DNA of 64,000 nt from Escherichia coli (GCF_003334385.1 NZ_QOWN01000013.1); one strand, 5' to 3'. Positions 34,701 through 45,542 are shown, numbered from the stretch's first letter. The notes: generated from the sequence alone by a model not told the origin. Made by a program: numbers and translations.

Positions 34701-35489
34701 CGGGGTACGCGTCTGCGGCACGTTTGCCCCCCAGGCGATGATGTAGCTGGAGTTGTACCAGTCAGCAGATTCCGGTACGTCAGTTTGCTCGCCCCAGGTT
34801 TGCGGAGACGCAGGAGGCAAGTCGCAGTACCAGTCGTAGAAGCTTAAGCAAGTACCGCCAATCAGCGAGAGATAGCGTGCACCCGATGCGTAAGAAACCA
34901 TCGACATTGCCGGAATTGGCGAGAAACCAGCAACACGGTCCGGGCCGTAGTTTTTGATGGTGTAAACGTTAGATGCGGCGATCAGTTCGTTCACCTCCTG
35001 CCAGGAAGAACGAACAAATCCACCGCGTCCACGCGCCTGCTTAAAGCTTTTCGCTTTATCGGCGTCTTCAATGATAGAAGCCCATGCCTCAACCGGATCG
35101 CTATGCAGCGCCTTCGCTTCACGCCACATTTTCATCAGGCGTTTGCGCATCATCGGGTATTTCAGGCGGTTGGCACTGTAAAGATACCAGGAGTAGCTGG
35201 CACCGCGCGGGCAGCCGCGAGGTTCATGGTTTGGCAGATCCGGACGGGTACGCGGATAGTCAGTCTGCTGGGTTTCCCAGGTGACCAGACCGTTTTTGAC
35301 GTAGATTTTCCAGCTGCAGGAGCCGGTGCAGTTTACCCCGTGGGTAGAGCGGACGATTTTGTCATGCTGCCAACGCTGGCGATATCCATCCTCCCAGTCA
35401 CGGTTGGTATTGAGAAGCTGGCCATGCCCATCGGCAAAGGTTTCACCCTTCTGTTTGAAGTAGCGAAACCGGTCCAGGAATTTACTCAT
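31746..35489 (-). CDS. narG: Respiratory nitrate reductase 1 alpha subunit (molybdopterin)
   Basis: 1247-aa ORF, N-terminal HGVNCTGSCSW Fe-S motif. Confidence 0.97.
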   Translation of the reverse strand: MSKFLDRFRYFKQKGETFADGHGQLLNTNRDWEDGYRQRWQHDKIVRSTHGVNCTGSCSWKIYVKNGLVTWETQQTDYPRTRPDLPNHEPRGCPRGASYSWYLYSANRLKYPMMRKRLMKMWREAKALHSDPVEAWASIIEDADKAKSFKQARGRGGFVRSSWQEVNELIAASNVYTIKNYGPDRVAGFSPIPAMSMVSYASGARYLSLIGGTCLSFYDWYCDLPPASPQTWGEQTDVPESADWYNSSYIIAWGANVPQTRTPDAHFFTEVRYKGTKTVAVTPDYAEIAKLCDLWLAPKQGTDAAMALAMGHVMLREFHLDNPSQYFTDYVRRYTDMPMLVMLEERDGYYAAGRMLRAADLVDALGQENNPEWKTVAFNTNGEMVAPNGSIGFRWGEKGKWNLEQRDGKTGEETELQLSLLGSQDEIAEVGFPYFGGDGTEHFNKVELENVLLHKLPVKRLQLADGSTALVTTVYDLTLANYGLERGLNDVNCATSYDDVKAYTPAWAEQITGVSRSQIIRIAREFADNADKTHGRSMIIVGAGLNHWYHLDMNYRGLINMLIFCGCVGQSGGGWAHYVGQEKLRPQTGWQPLAFALDWQRPARHMNSTSYFYNHSSQWRYETVTAEELLSPMADKSRYTGHLIDFNVRAERMGWLPSAPQLGTNPLTIAGEAEKAGMNPVDYTVKSLKEGSIRFAAEQPENGKNHPRNLFIWRSNLLGSSGKGHEFMLKYLLGTEHGIQGKDLGQQGGVKPEEVDWQDNGLEGKLDLVVTLDFRLSSTCLYSDIILPTATWYEKDDMNTSDMHPFIHPLSAAVDPAWEAKSDWEIYKAIAKKFSEVCVGHLGKETDIVTLPIQHDSAAELAQPLDVKDWKKGECDLIPGKTAPHIMVVERDYPATYERFTSIGPLMEKIGNGGKGIAWNTQSEMDLLRKLNYTKAEGPAKGQPMLNTAIDAAEMILTLAPETNGQVAVKAWAALSEFTGRDHTHLALNKEDEKIRFRDIQAQPRKIISSPTWSGLEDEHVSYNAGYTNVHELIPWRTLSGRQQLYQDHQWMRDFGESLLVYRPPIDTRSVKEVIGQKSNGNQEKALNFLTPHQKWGIHSTYSDNLLMLTLGRGGPVVWLSEADAKDLGIADNDWIEVFNSNGALTARAVVSQRVPAGMTMMYHAQERIVNLPGSEITQQRGGIHNSVTRITPKPTHMIGGYAHLAYGFNYYGTVGSNRDEFVVVRKMKNIDWLDGEGNDQVQESVK

Positions 35490-35580
35490 CGGTTTTCTCC
35501 TGTGGGAGCCTGTCGGCCCTCTGATAAATCGACATTGCTAATGTTTAAGGGCAAGGTAACGCTCTGAAACAGCGTGGGAA

Positions 35581-35594
35581 TTGATAACGATCAA
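35581..35594 (-). promoter_or_regulatory. FNR site of the narG promoter
   Basis: Perfect TTGATaacgATCAA, centred about 98 bp upstream of the narG start codon; consistent with FNR-dependent activation of narGHJI. Confidence 0.6.
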
Positions 35595-36004
35595 GAGTGA
35601 TGGGGATGAAAAATAAAGTAAATTCCTAAGATACCCCTTTAGGATAATTAACAGCCACCACATAACAGACTGTAAATTAAGACGTTTTATACCTGTAGTT
35701 ATTTAAACTATTAAGATTTTTATGCAGATGGGTATTAAGGAGTATTCCCCATGGGTAACATATTAATGGCTCTTAATGAAATCCGGCGAAATAAACCATA
35801 TAACATTAGTATGTTGTAACTAAATGACGCATAAAAAAAGCGCGACATCATGCCGCGCAAAGGATAATCAAATATTTTACTCTATATAATTCGGTTTACA
35901 GGAAGGCGGCAAGTGAATGAATCCCAGGAGCTTACTAAAGTAAGTGACTGGGGTGAATGAACGCAGCCGCAGCACATGTAACCCGAAGTATGACGAGTAA
36001 CGGT

Positions 36005-37396
36005 TTATTTTTTAGAATGCCGACCATATACCGCCCAGGTAATCACTACGCAGGCGATATAGAAAATCAAAAATACCTTCATTGCGCCGACTGGCGAACC
36101 CGTTAATGCCAGCGAGCTACCAAACGCTTTCGGGATAAAGAAGCCACCAATCGCGCCAATCGCAGAGATGAAACCCAGCGCCGCCGCCGTGTCGGTTGCC
36201 GCTTCACGCATCGCACGTTCGTCAGAACCCCCTTCTGCTTTCACGCGATCCATTGTCAGTTTACGGAAGATCACTGAAATCATCTGGAAAGTGGAACCAC
36301 TACCCAGCCCAGCTGTCAGGAACAGCGCCAGGAAGACCGCGAAGAACGCCATGAAGCTTCCGCCCTGCCCGTCAGTCGGTAAGGTCAGGAACAGCAGGCC
36401 GCTGAAAATCGCCATCAGAATAAAGTTCACCAGCGTGACACGAGTTCCGCCCAGACGGTCAGATAATGCACCACCTGCAGAACGCGCCAGCGCACCAATA
36501 AACGGCCCGAAGAAAGCGTATTGCAGAATCTGAACATCCGGGAACTGCGTTTTTGACAGCATTGCAAAGCCCGCGGAGAAGCCGATGAAGGAGCCGAAGG
36601 TTGCCAGATACAGCAGGCTCATAATCCACAGATGACCCCGTTTGAGTACCGGCAACTGCTCCTTGATGGAGGCTTTCGAGGTAGCAAGATCGTTCATGCC
36701 AAACCACGCCGCAATGGTGAAGATGGCAAGGAACGGCACCCATATCCAGGACGCATTCGCCAGATACAGCTCAGTCCCATCCGGCTGTTTGACGCCCTGG
36801 CTACCAAATACTGCGAAAATCGACAGTGATACCACCAGCGGAGCAACCAACTGCATGACGCTGACGCCCATGTTTCCCAGACCACCATTCAGACCCAGCG
36901 CGCCACCCTGCTTCTGTTTCGGAAAGAAGAAGCTGATGTTTGCCATACTGGATGCGAAGTTCGCGCCAGCAAAGCCGCATAGCAGAGAGATGATGATGAA
37001 GACGCTATAAGGCGTGGAGGTATCCTGCACGGCAAAACCCAGCCAGACGCAAGGAATAATCAGAATACCGGTGCTGAACGCCGTCCAGCGACGACCACCG
37101 AAGATAGGAACCATAAAGGAGTATGGAACACGTAATAACGCGCCAGAAACCGAAGGCAGCGCAGTCAACATAAATAGCTGATCGGTCGTAAAATTAAAGC
37201 CGACTTTCGGTAGGTTCACCGCAACAGCGCTGAACAACATCCATACGCAAAACGCCAGCAGCAGACAGGGAACGGAAATCCACAGGTTGCGGCTGGCAAT
37301 ACGTTGACCGCGTTGTTGCCAGAACGCAGGATCTTCCGGTCGCCAATCTGTAATGACAGCTCCAGTAGCCCTTTCGGGGGCGGATGAGTGACTCAT
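36005..37396 (-). CDS. narK: Nitrate/nitrite antiporter NarK (MFS)
   Basis: 463 aa from MSHSSAPERATG..., 12-TM MFS protein, synteny. Confidence 0.93.
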   Translation of the reverse strand: MSHSSAPERATGAVITDWRPEDPAFWQQRGQRIASRNLWISVPCLLLAFCVWMLFSAVAVNLPKVGFNFTTDQLFMLTALPSVSGALLRVPYSFMVPIFGGRRWTAFSTGILIIPCVWLGFAVQDTSTPYSVFIIISLLCGFAGANFASSMANISFFFPKQKQGGALGLNGGLGNMGVSVMQLVAPLVVSLSIFAVFGSQGVKQPDGTELYLANASWIWVPFLAIFTIAAWFGMNDLATSKASIKEQLPVLKRGHLWIMSLLYLATFGSFIGFSAGFAMLSKTQFPDVQILQYAFFGPFIGALARSAGGALSDRLGGTRVTLVNFILMAIFSGLLFLTLPTDGQGGSFMAFFAVFLALFLTAGLGSGSTFQMISVIFRKLTMDRVKAEGGSDERAMREAATDTAAALGFISAIGAIGGFFIPKAFGSSLALTGSPVGAMKVFLIFYIACVVITWAVYGRHSKK

Positions 37397-37455
37397 AGAC
37401 ACCTCTGATACTCGTTTCGATGTCTGCCACCTTAGTGTCTGTAGCTAAAGGCAAT

Positions 37456-37507
37456 TTGATGTAAATCAAACGATAAGATAACTTTATCTATCATTGATAT
37501 TTATCAT
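37456..37507 (-). promoter_or_regulatory. narK promoter with two FNR-type sites (TTGATgtaaATCAA 37456-37469; TTGATatttATCAT 37494-37507)
   Basis: Site centres are 38 bp apart, matching the known -41.5/-79.5 arrangement of the narK promoter. Confidence 0.55.
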
Positions 37508-37734
37508 TACCCATAGTGAGTACAGTGACTTCATAAAAATTATGAGATTTTTCACGGTGCTGTAAAATCCCTACCCTTACCGATGTAAAGCGACTAACCA
37601 CACGGCAAATAAGGAGTAACTCTTTCCGGGTATGGGTATACTTCAGCCAATAGCCGAGAATACTGCCATTCCAGAATGTATCGTCACATTCATTAAGGTT
37701 ATTGCTCATTTAAAGCCTGAAGGAAGAGGTTTAC

Positions 37735-39531
37735 ATGCTTAAACGTTGTCTCTCTCCGCTCACCCTGGTTAATCAGGTTGCGCTTATTGTGTTGCTTTCT
37801 ACTGCTATTGGACTGGCAGGGATGGCGGTTTCTGGCTGGCTGGTGCAAGGCGTTCAGGGCAGCGCCCATGCGATCAACAAAGCGGGATCGCTGCGCATGC
37901 AAAGTTACCGTCTGTTGGCGGCAGTGCCATTAAGCGAGAAAGACAAGCCCTTAATTAAAGAGATGGAACAAACGGCATTTAGCGCCGAGTTGACTCGAGC
38001 AGCAGAACGAGACGGACAACTGGCGCAATTACAGGGTTTACAAGATTACTGGCGTAATGAACTGATCCCTGCGCTGATGCGTGCACAAAACCGAGAAACG
38101 GTGTCAGCGGATGTCAGCCAGTTTGTTGCCGGGCTTGATCAACTGGTATCTGGTTTTGACCGCACCACGGAAATGCGCATCGAGACAGTGGTACTGGTCC
38201 ATCGGGTAATGGCGGTATTTATGGCACTTTTACTGGTGTTCACTATTATCTGGTTGCGGGCGCGACTGCTACAACCGTGGCGGCAACTGCTGGCAATGGC
38301 GAGTGCCGTCAGTCATCGCGATTTTACCCAACGCGCAAACATCAGCGGGCGCAACGAAATGGCGATGCTTGGAACTGCGTTGAACAATATGTCTGCAGAA
38401 CTGGCCGAAAGTTATGCCGTACTTGAGCAGCGGGTTCAGGAGAAAACCGCCGGGCTGGAGCATAAAAATCAGATCCTCTCTTTTTTATGGCAGGCTAACC
38501 GCCGTTTGCATTCCCGCGCCCCGCTGTGTGAACGCCTGTCACCTGTACTCAACGGCTTACAGAATTTAACCCTGCTACGTGATATCGAATTGCGGGTGTA
38601 TGACACTGATGATGAAGAGAATCATCAGGAGTTTACCTGCCAGCCAGATATGACTTGTGATGATAAAGGCTGCCAGCTCTGCCCGCGCGGCGTATTACCC
38701 GTTGGTGATCGCGGCACGACCCTGAAGTGGCGGCTGGCTGACTCTCATACGCAGTACGGTATTTTGCTGGCGACCCTGCCGCAGGGGCGTCATCTTAGCC
38801 ATGATCAACAACAACTGGTGGATACCCTGGTTGAACAACTCACCGCCACGCTGGCGCTGGATCGCCATCAGGAACGTCAGCAACAGTTGATCGTGATGGA
38901 AGAGCGTGCCACCATTGCGCGCGAACTGCATGATTCTATTGCCCAATCTCTCTCTTGCATGAAGATGCAGGTGAGTTGTTTACAGATGCAGGGCGATGCG
39001 CTGCCAGAAAGCAGCCGCGAACTGTTAAGTCAGATCCGTAACGAACTGAATGCATCCTGGGCGCAGTTGCGTGAATTGCTCACCACATTCCGCTTGCAGC
39101 TCACCGAGCCTGGATTACGTCCGGCGCTGGAGGCGAGTTGCGAAGAGTACAGCGCCAAATTTGGCTTCCCGGTGAAGCTGGATTATCAATTGCCGCCTCG
39201 CCTGGTGCCTTCGCATCAGGCAATCCACTTGTTGCAAATTGCCCGTGAGGCATTAAGTAACGCCCTCAAACATTCGCAAGCGAGTGAAGTCGTGGTGACG
39301 GTGGCGCAAAACGATAATCAGGTCAAACTGACCGTCCAGGATAACGGCTGCGGCGTGCCTGAAAATGCCATCCGCAGCAATCACTACGGCATGATAATAA
39401 TGCGCGATCGTGCGCAAAGTTTACGAGGCGATTGCCGCGTCCGCCGTCGTGAATCAGGTGGCACCGAAGTGGTGGTCACCTTTATTCCCGAAAAAACTTT
39501 CACAGACGTCCAAGGAGATACCCATGAGTAA
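37735..39531 (+). CDS. narX: Nitrate/nitrite sensor histidine kinase NarX
   Basis: 598 aa with two TM segments flanking a periplasmic domain, H-box ([11 protein letters not shown]) and ATPase motifs. Confidence 0.96.
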
Positions 39532-40174
39532 TCAGGAACCGGCTACTATCCTGCTGATTGACGATCACCCGATGCTGCGAACTGGCGTAAAACAGCTTAT
39601 CAGTATGGCACCAGATATCACCGTGGTTGGCGAAGCGAGTAATGGCGAACAGGGTATTGAACTGGCGGAGTCTCTTGATCCCGATCTGATCCTGTTAGAT
39701 CTCAATATGCCCGGCATGAACGGTCTGGAAACGCTGGATAAACTGCGCGAAAAGTCCCTCTCAGGGCGCATTGTGGTATTCAGCGTCTCTAACCATGAAG
39801 AAGATGTGGTCACCGCACTGAAACGCGGCGCGGATGGCTATCTGTTAAAAGATATGGAACCGGAAGATCTGCTGAAAGCATTGCATCAGGCAGCTGCTGG
39901 CGAAATGGTATTAAGCGAAGCATTAACGCCTGTTCTGGCCGCCAGCTTGCGCGCTAACCGTGCCACTACTGAGCGCGATGTTAACCAGTTAACCCCACGC
40001 GAGCGCGATATTCTCAAGCTGATTGCCCAGGGTTTGCCGAACAAGATGATTGCCCGCCGCCTGGATATCACCGAAAGCACAGTAAAAGTGCACGTCAAGC
40101 ACATGCTGAAGAAAATGAAGCTCAAGTCTCGCGTGGAAGCAGCGGTATGGGTGCATCAGGAGCGCATTTTCTGA
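39524..40174 (+). CDS. narL: Nitrate/nitrite response regulator NarL
   Basis: 216 aa from [19 protein letters not shown]; receiver domain plus LuxR-type HTH; overlaps the narX 3' end by 8 bp. Confidence 0.96.
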
Positions 40175-41569
40175 TTACGGTTCCCAGCGCAGTTCGTCGT
40201 TTGACAATGCATCGAACGGTTCGACAAGCGTTAGCGTGATCTCATTGGAGGAGACACGCTGCCCCTGGTTATCTTCCACCACCACAGACAATCGCCAGTG
40301 ATTGCTTGCCCCTTCCCCGTTCTGCCAGTCAGGCATGATCAGCGTCCAGCCCTCCGCGCTGTTGGCTTGTGCGCCCGGCGTCAAACTTAATATCTGCGTA
40401 TCGCCCTGCCAAATCAGTTGCCGAATACCGTAACGACTGCGGATTTGTAATTTCAGCGGCACTGTTTCGCCAGGTTTTAGATCCCACGGCGGTGTCGCCA
40501 GAAACACCGTTAACGTTTTTCGCTGTCGGTACTCAAGAGTCGGTAGATTATTTCGCTGCGGATTGTCATAGCGACTACCACGTAACGACTGACTTTCGGC
40601 AACCTCGCCCGCAGAAAGTTGTTTTTTGAGCGGTACACCAAAGCGGTAATTAAGATTCAGCCCGAGGTTATTTTGATTTTCGCCACTTTCACCCTGTTTA
40701 TGCTGGGCCGTCACAGTGACTAATGGCACAGGGGTGTAATTTAATCCCAGACTCAACGCGACGGGATTGTGATAACCCGTACCAGAGTTAAACAAATCAA
40801 CACGATCACCAAAATACTGTTCTAGGCTGACACTGGTATTGAGGTGTTGATAGAACGGCATGCGCATCCGAGCTGTCAGGTCGTACCCGCGCGCCATCCG
40901 TTGTTCCTGCGTGGCTGTCTGTTCATGCCATGCAGCAAACGGCTGATAAAAGTTTGCCGATAATCGCAAATATTCGCCCCACGCTTCGGCACCAAAGCCC
41001 GCTCGCTGAAGATTTTCGTCCAGCAAGTTGTCATAAAAAGTGTTATAACCCACCAGCCAGTTGCCGCGCGCCCAGCGTTGCCCAACGCCCACATTGCTCA
41101 CCAACCCATTATCCTGCTGAGTAAGACCAAGCTGGCTCCAGGTGAGATAACGATCATTATCTTGTAACGGCACAAACCAGCTTCCACGACTGCCGGTGAA
41201 ATGTCCTTCGTTATCCACTTTGACGTCAACACTGGCATTTCCCCACGGTGATAGCCAGGACTCTACGTGCTGATTAACCTGTTGACTAAGCGCGTCGCGG
41301 ACTTTTCCCAATGCGAAAGCTTTTGCCTGCTCGCCAGTATCCAGCCCGTTATCATTCATACTGGTTTCGCCGAAATCTTTCACAATTTCAGCAAAGTGTT
41401 TTTCCCCATCATGATTTTCGGGAGCCATGCCTAAATCCGGCAGACCATCATTGTTATTATCAAAGGGATTTGCCGCTTTTTGCTCGAAGGTAGATTGTGC
41501 GTTAGCTGTACCGCCTGCTACAAGCAAGAGTAAATAAAACGGGATAATGCGAGGAACGAAACGGCTCAA
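40175..41569 (-). CDS. ychO: Putative invasin/intimin-like outer membrane protein YchO
   Basis: 464-aa ORF with an N-terminal signal-like segment, convergent with narL; synteny. Start codon choice not verified. Confidence 0.8.
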   Translation of the reverse strand: MSRFVPRIIPFYLLLLVAGGTANAQSTFEQKAANPFDNNNDGLPDLGMAPENHDGEKHFAEIVKDFGETSMNDNGLDTGEQAKAFALGKVRDALSQQVNQHVESWLSPWGNASVDVKVDNEGHFTGSRGSWFVPLQDNDRYLTWSQLGLTQQDNGLVSNVGVGQRWARGNWLVGYNTFYDNLLDENLQRAGFGAEAWGEYLRLSANFYQPFAAWHEQTATQEQRMARGYDLTARMRMPFYQHLNTSVSLEQYFGDRVDLFNSGTGYHNPVALSLGLNYTPVPLVTVTAQHKQGESGENQNNLGLNLNYRFGVPLKKQLSAGEVAESQSLRGSRYDNPQRNNLPTLEYRQRKTLTVFLATPPWDLKPGETVPLKLQIRSRYGIRQLIWQGDTQILSLTPGAQANSAEGWTLIMPDWQNGEGASNHWRLSVVVEDNQGQRVSSNEITLTLVEPFDALSNDELRWEP

Positions 41570-41591
41570 AACGTCGGTAACTTCCGGTAAT

Positions 41592-41631
<40 letters not shown>

Positions 41632-41632
41632 A

Positions 41633-41736
<104 letters not shown>

Positions 41737-41753
41737 GAATACAGGAGTAAATA

Positions 41754-42107
41754 ATGCAAAAAATCGTGATCGTTGCCAATGGCGCACCTTACGGGAGCGA
41801 ATCCTTGTTTAACAGCTTGCGGCTGGCCATTGCGTTACGAGAGCAGGAGAGCAATCTGGATCTGCGTCTGTTCCTCATGTCTGATGCGGTCACAGCCGGG
41901 TTGCGCGGGCAAAAACCAGGGGAAGGCTACAACATTCAGCAAATGCTGGAGATCCTTACCGCTCAGAATGTACCGGTGAAATTGTGCAAAACCTGTACCG
42001 ACGGGCGCGGGATTAGTACACTTCCTCTGATTGATGGGGTGGAAATCGGTACTCTTGTGGAACTGGCGCAATGGACGCTGTCAGCCGATAAAGTGCTCAC
42101 ATTTTAA
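41754..42107 (+). CDS. ychN: DsrE/DsrF-like protein YchN
   Basis: 117 aa, synteny. Confidence 0.88.
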   Translation: MQKIVIVANGAPYGSESLFNSLRLAIALREQESNLDLRLFLMSDAVTAGLRGQKPGEGYNIQQMLEILTAQNVPVKLCKTCTDGRGISTLPLIDGVEIGTLVELAQWTLSADKVLTF

Positions 42108-42150
42108 TGTTTGAGGGGGCGTCTGACGCCCCACTATGCGGGAAGTTTAC

Positions 42151-42846
42151 TCAGGCGAATCCCGGACGTAACACACCATCCGGAAAATTCTCCGCCAGCA
42201 GTTTTTTTACCGATACCAGCAAATCATTCAGCCCATCGTCCTGCATTCCTAGTTTGATAAGCTCCTGTTCCAGTGAAAACAGGTATTGTGCGTTGGTTCC
42301 CAGCGGACCGCTCGCCGCCGCAATCAACGGCGCGATGACCTGAGCGCGAGTATCAGATTCATATTCTGGATGTCGCGGGTCCATAATAAACACAATGGCG
42401 TTTACTGTGCGTCCATCATCAAGATCAAGCTGACACCAGGTTGGCAGATAACAGCCGGTAATCATCTCTCGCTTCCACAACAGGGTTAGTTCCTGCTCCA
42501 GCGTCTCTTCTGGCAGTCGATAGGCGACGCCTGTGGTGCGTCCGCCCTCTTTCAGTGCAAGCATCCGTCCCGGCTGGTGCGCAGTCCCGCGCCCGGCGGT
42601 CAGGCGCAGGCAAAATGCGCGATGCCATCCAACCAGTGTACCGGTGCACGATTCGGTAAACTCCAGTGCCGGATTCCACATCAACGATCCATAGCCGAAG
42701 ATCCACACCGGTCCCTCATCAGGTCGACAAGCCAGCGTCGCCGCCAGCGAAGCCGCCCGTTGTTCTGCTGACCATAAGAGTGATTCTTCAATGGCACCAA
42801 ATGCCGTTTTACAATCGGCATTCATCAAGAAATCACGCGTTATCAC
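42151..42846 (-). CDS. chaC: Glutathione-specific gamma-glutamylcyclotransferase ChaC
   Basis: 231 aa from the GTG start (ITRDFLMNAD...) with the ChaC-family motif FGYGSLMWNP. Confidence 0.9.
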   Translation of the reverse strand: MITRDFLMNADCKTAFGAIEESLLWSAEQRAASLAATLACRPDEGPVWIFGYGSLMWNPALEFTESCTGTLVGWHRAFCLRLTAGRGTAHQPGRMLALKEGGRTTGVAYRLPEETLEQELTLLWKREMITGCYLPTWCQLDLDDGRTVNAIVFIMDPRHPEYESDTRAQVIAPLIAAASGPLGTNAQYLFSLEQELIKLGMQDDGLNDLLVSVKKLLAENFPDGVLRPGFA

Positions 42847-43003
42847 CTTACACCTCCGCCACTGCATACTTCCCTGCGACAACTTTTTGGTGTCTTCCGG
42901 ACATTTTTACTGCTCATTTTGAAACCACTAACGGGACAATATGCAATCCACGGACCACTTGCAAGGCAACACCGCACGAATAGCTTTAACTAAGCGACCG
43001 GTT

Positions 43004-43234
43004 TTACGATTTTTTATGCCATTTATCATCATCCCCTTTGGCATATTCATGCTTCACAGCAGCCCAGGCCACTTTATGCGCGGTTTCTTCGCGACTGGCG
43101 TCATCACGCCGATCTTCTTTATCTTTATATTGATCCCATGCGCTGTTGAACGCTTCTTTATAGATATCCTGGGCATGAGACGGTAGAACGTGCTTTACGC
43201 TTTCCGGCAGATCGCTTTTCGTTTTATACGGCAT
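43004..43234 (-). CDS. chaB: Cation transport regulator ChaB
   Basis: 76 aa beginning MPYKTKSDLPESVKHVLPSHAQDIYKEAF. Confidence 0.9.
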   Translation of the reverse strand: MPYKTKSDLPESVKHVLPSHAQDIYKEAFNSAWDQYKDKEDRRDDASREETAHKVAWAAVKHEYAKGDDDKWHKKS

Positions 43235-43503
43235 CGTTGACTCCTTTTACAAAGTTGAACATTAAGTGTGGTCAACAATATCTACTCTTGCCAAAACATA
43301 AGAATTTTCAGGTCAGACTCTTCTTAAGAAACGCTAAAACAAACATTGTCTAAACGTAATACTTATTTTTATGCCCCAATGAGTAAAAAATCGACAGCGG
43401 GGTAAAAATTCGTAAAATGTTACCGATATCCAGACACTTTCTGTTATTTTTCCTACCTATTTTTTACATTTTCGATAAATTCATCTGCAAAGGGATAACC
43501 ATA

Positions 43504-44604
43504 ATGTCAAATGCTCAAGAGGCGGTAAAAACCCGCCACAAGGAGACTTCGCTTATTTTCCCGGTTCTGGCGCTGGTAGTGCTGTTCCTGTGGGGAAGCA
43601 GCCAGACACTACCAGTGGTCATTGCCATCAATCTTCTTGCGCTTATTGGTATTTTAAGTAGCGCCTTTAGTGTTGTCCGTCATGCGGACGTATTAGCCCA
43701 TCGCCTGGGAGAACCTTACGGTTCGCTTATTCTTAGCCTTTCAGTGGTTATTCTTGAAGTCAGTTTGATTTCAGCTTTAATGGCAACCGGCGACGCCGCG
43801 CCAACGCTAATGCGTGATACGCTCTATTCAATCATTATGATTGTTACCGGTGGGCTGGTTGGCTTTTCATTATTGTTGGGCGGTCGTAAGTTTGCCACCC
43901 AATATATGAATCTGTTTGGTATCAAGCAGTATTTAATTGCGCTGTTCCCCCTGGCGATAATCGTACTGGTATTTCCAATGGCTCTGCCTGCGGCGAATTT
44001 TTCAACCGGTCAGGCGTTACTGGTAGCATTAATTTCTGCGGCAATGTATGGCGTATTTTTGCTGATCCAGACCAAAACGCATCAAAGTTTGTTTGTCTAC
44101 GAGCACGAAGATGACAGTGATGATGACGACCCGCATCACGGTAAACCGTCTGCCCATAGCAGCCTGTGGCATGCTATCTGGTTGATTATCCATCTGATTG
44201 CCGTTATTGCGGTGACCAAAATGAACGCCAGCTCGCTGGAGACATTGCTCGACAGCATGAATGCCCCTGTCGCCTTTACTGGCTTCCTGGTGGCACTGTT
44301 GATTCTGTCGCCGGAAGGTTTAGGTGCATTAAAAGCAGTGTTGAACAACCAGGTTCAGCGCGCGATGAATCTGTTCTTTGGTTCAGTGTTAGCAACCATT
44401 TCGCTTACCGTACCTGTCGTCACGCTAATTGCCTTTATGACGGGTAACGAATTGCAGTTTGCACTTGGTGCGCCAGAAATGGTGGTGATGGTGGCCTCTT
44501 TAGTGCTGTGCCATATCTCCTTCTCCACCGGACGTACTAACGTGCTCAATGGCGCAGCGCATCTGGCACTGTTTGCCGCCTATTTGATGACGATATTTGC
44601 CTGA
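43504..44604 (+). CDS. chaA: Ca2+/H+ (Na+/H+) antiporter ChaA
   Basis: 366 aa from MSNAQEAVKTRHK; multi-TM with acidic loop (EHEDDSDDDDPHHG). Confidence 0.92.
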   Translation: MSNAQEAVKTRHKETSLIFPVLALVVLFLWGSSQTLPVVIAINLLALIGILSSAFSVVRHADVLAHRLGEPYGSLILSLSVVILEVSLISALMATGDAAPTLMRDTLYSIIMIVTGGLVGFSLLLGGRKFATQYMNLFGIKQYLIALFPLAIIVLVFPMALPAANFSTGQALLVALISAAMYGVFLLIQTKTHQSLFVYEHEDDSDDDDPHHGKPSAHSSLWHAIWLIIHLIAVIAVTKMNASSLETLLDSMNAPVAFTGFLVALLILSPEGLGALKAVLNNQVQRAMNLFFGSVLATISLTVPVVTLIAFMTGNELQFALGAPEMVVMVASLVLCHISFSTGRTNVLNGAAHLALFAAYLMTIFA

Positions 44605-44889
44605 CAGTTATATCTCCTCCGATGACGGTAATCGGGGGAGATAATATAAATTCCTGCTTATTGTATTTCTTCATACTACCTGGACAGGTCGTTAATCAGA
44701 ATTGCGAGCCTGTACCACACCCTGCACGAAACCACTGCAACAGCTGTTGAAAAGCCGGAATGTACTCTTCATTGCAAACATTTCAGGGATGAAGTGAAGA
44801 TGAATTGCGACGTAGTATCCACACCAAGCCGGCGTTATCCGGTGAGGCGCAATGTTGCGGGGCTTTATCCCTGGTGGCATTGGTTGCTG

Positions 44890-44959
44890 GAAAGAGAAAC
44901 CCCCCGCACGTTGAGAGGTAAAACCTGACAACAAAACGGGGGCTAATCTTGAAACCAGA
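44890..44959 (-). ncRNA. rdl: Rdl antisense RNA (type I antitoxin), copy 1; coordinates approximate
   Basis: Minus-strand sequence GUCUGGUUUCAAGAUUAGCCCCCGUUUUGUUGUCAGG...CGUGCGGGGGGUUUCUCUUU ends in a hairpin plus U-run and has a TTGTAA-17-TATTCT promoter upstream. Matches my recollection of Rdl RNA. Confidence 0.5.
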
Positions 44960-45006
44960 CACTTCAAGAATAGCCGCAAAATGTTGTCATTACAACAAGG
45001 CGGCTA

Positions 45007-45114
45007 TATGACGCTCGCGCAGTTTGCCATGATTTTCTGGCACGACCTGGCAGCACCGATCCTAGCGGGAATTATTACCGCAGCGATTGTCAGCTGGTGG
45101 CGTAACCGGAAGTA
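45007..45114 (+). CDS. ldr: Ldr type I toxin peptide (35 aa), copy 1
   Basis: MTLAQFAMIFWHDLAAPILAGIITAAIVSWWRNRK, followed by a rho-independent terminator (GGCCGCAGGggtaacagCCTGCGGCC + T-run). Confidence 0.85.
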
Positions 45115-45425
45115 AGGTGAAAACGGGCGTCAGGCTGCCGTGATGGCAATATGCGCCCGAAACCGGCCGCAGGGGTAACAGCCTGCGGCCATTTTTGTCT
45201 TTATCTCTTCCACAAGTAAATATTGGCAACCCGAGCTGGAAGCATCATCCAGAGCACTCATGAAACGACTGCAACAGCTGTTGAAAAGCCGGAATGTACT
45301 CTTTATTGCAAACATTTCAGGGATGAAGTGAAGATGAATTGAGACGTAGTATCCACACCAAGCCGGAATTATCCGGTGAGGCGCAATGTTGCGGGGGCTT
45401 TATCCCTGGTGGCATTGGTTGCTGG

Positions 45426-45495
45426 AAAGAGAAAACCCCCGCACGTTGAGAGGTAAAACCTGACAACAGAACGGGGGCTAATCTTGAAACCAGAC
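45426..45495 (-). ncRNA. rdl: Rdl antisense RNA, copy 2; coordinates approximate
   Basis: Same arrangement as copy 1, with a few substitutions. Confidence 0.5.
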
Positions 45496-45542
45496 ACTTC
45501 AAGAATAGCCGCAAAATGTTGTCATTACAACAAGGCGGCTAT

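Noticed and set aside
32193-34847. Two long plus-strand ORFs (437 and 400 aa) inside narG
   Set aside because: Antisense to narG, arginine-rich and low complexity; no independent start signals.
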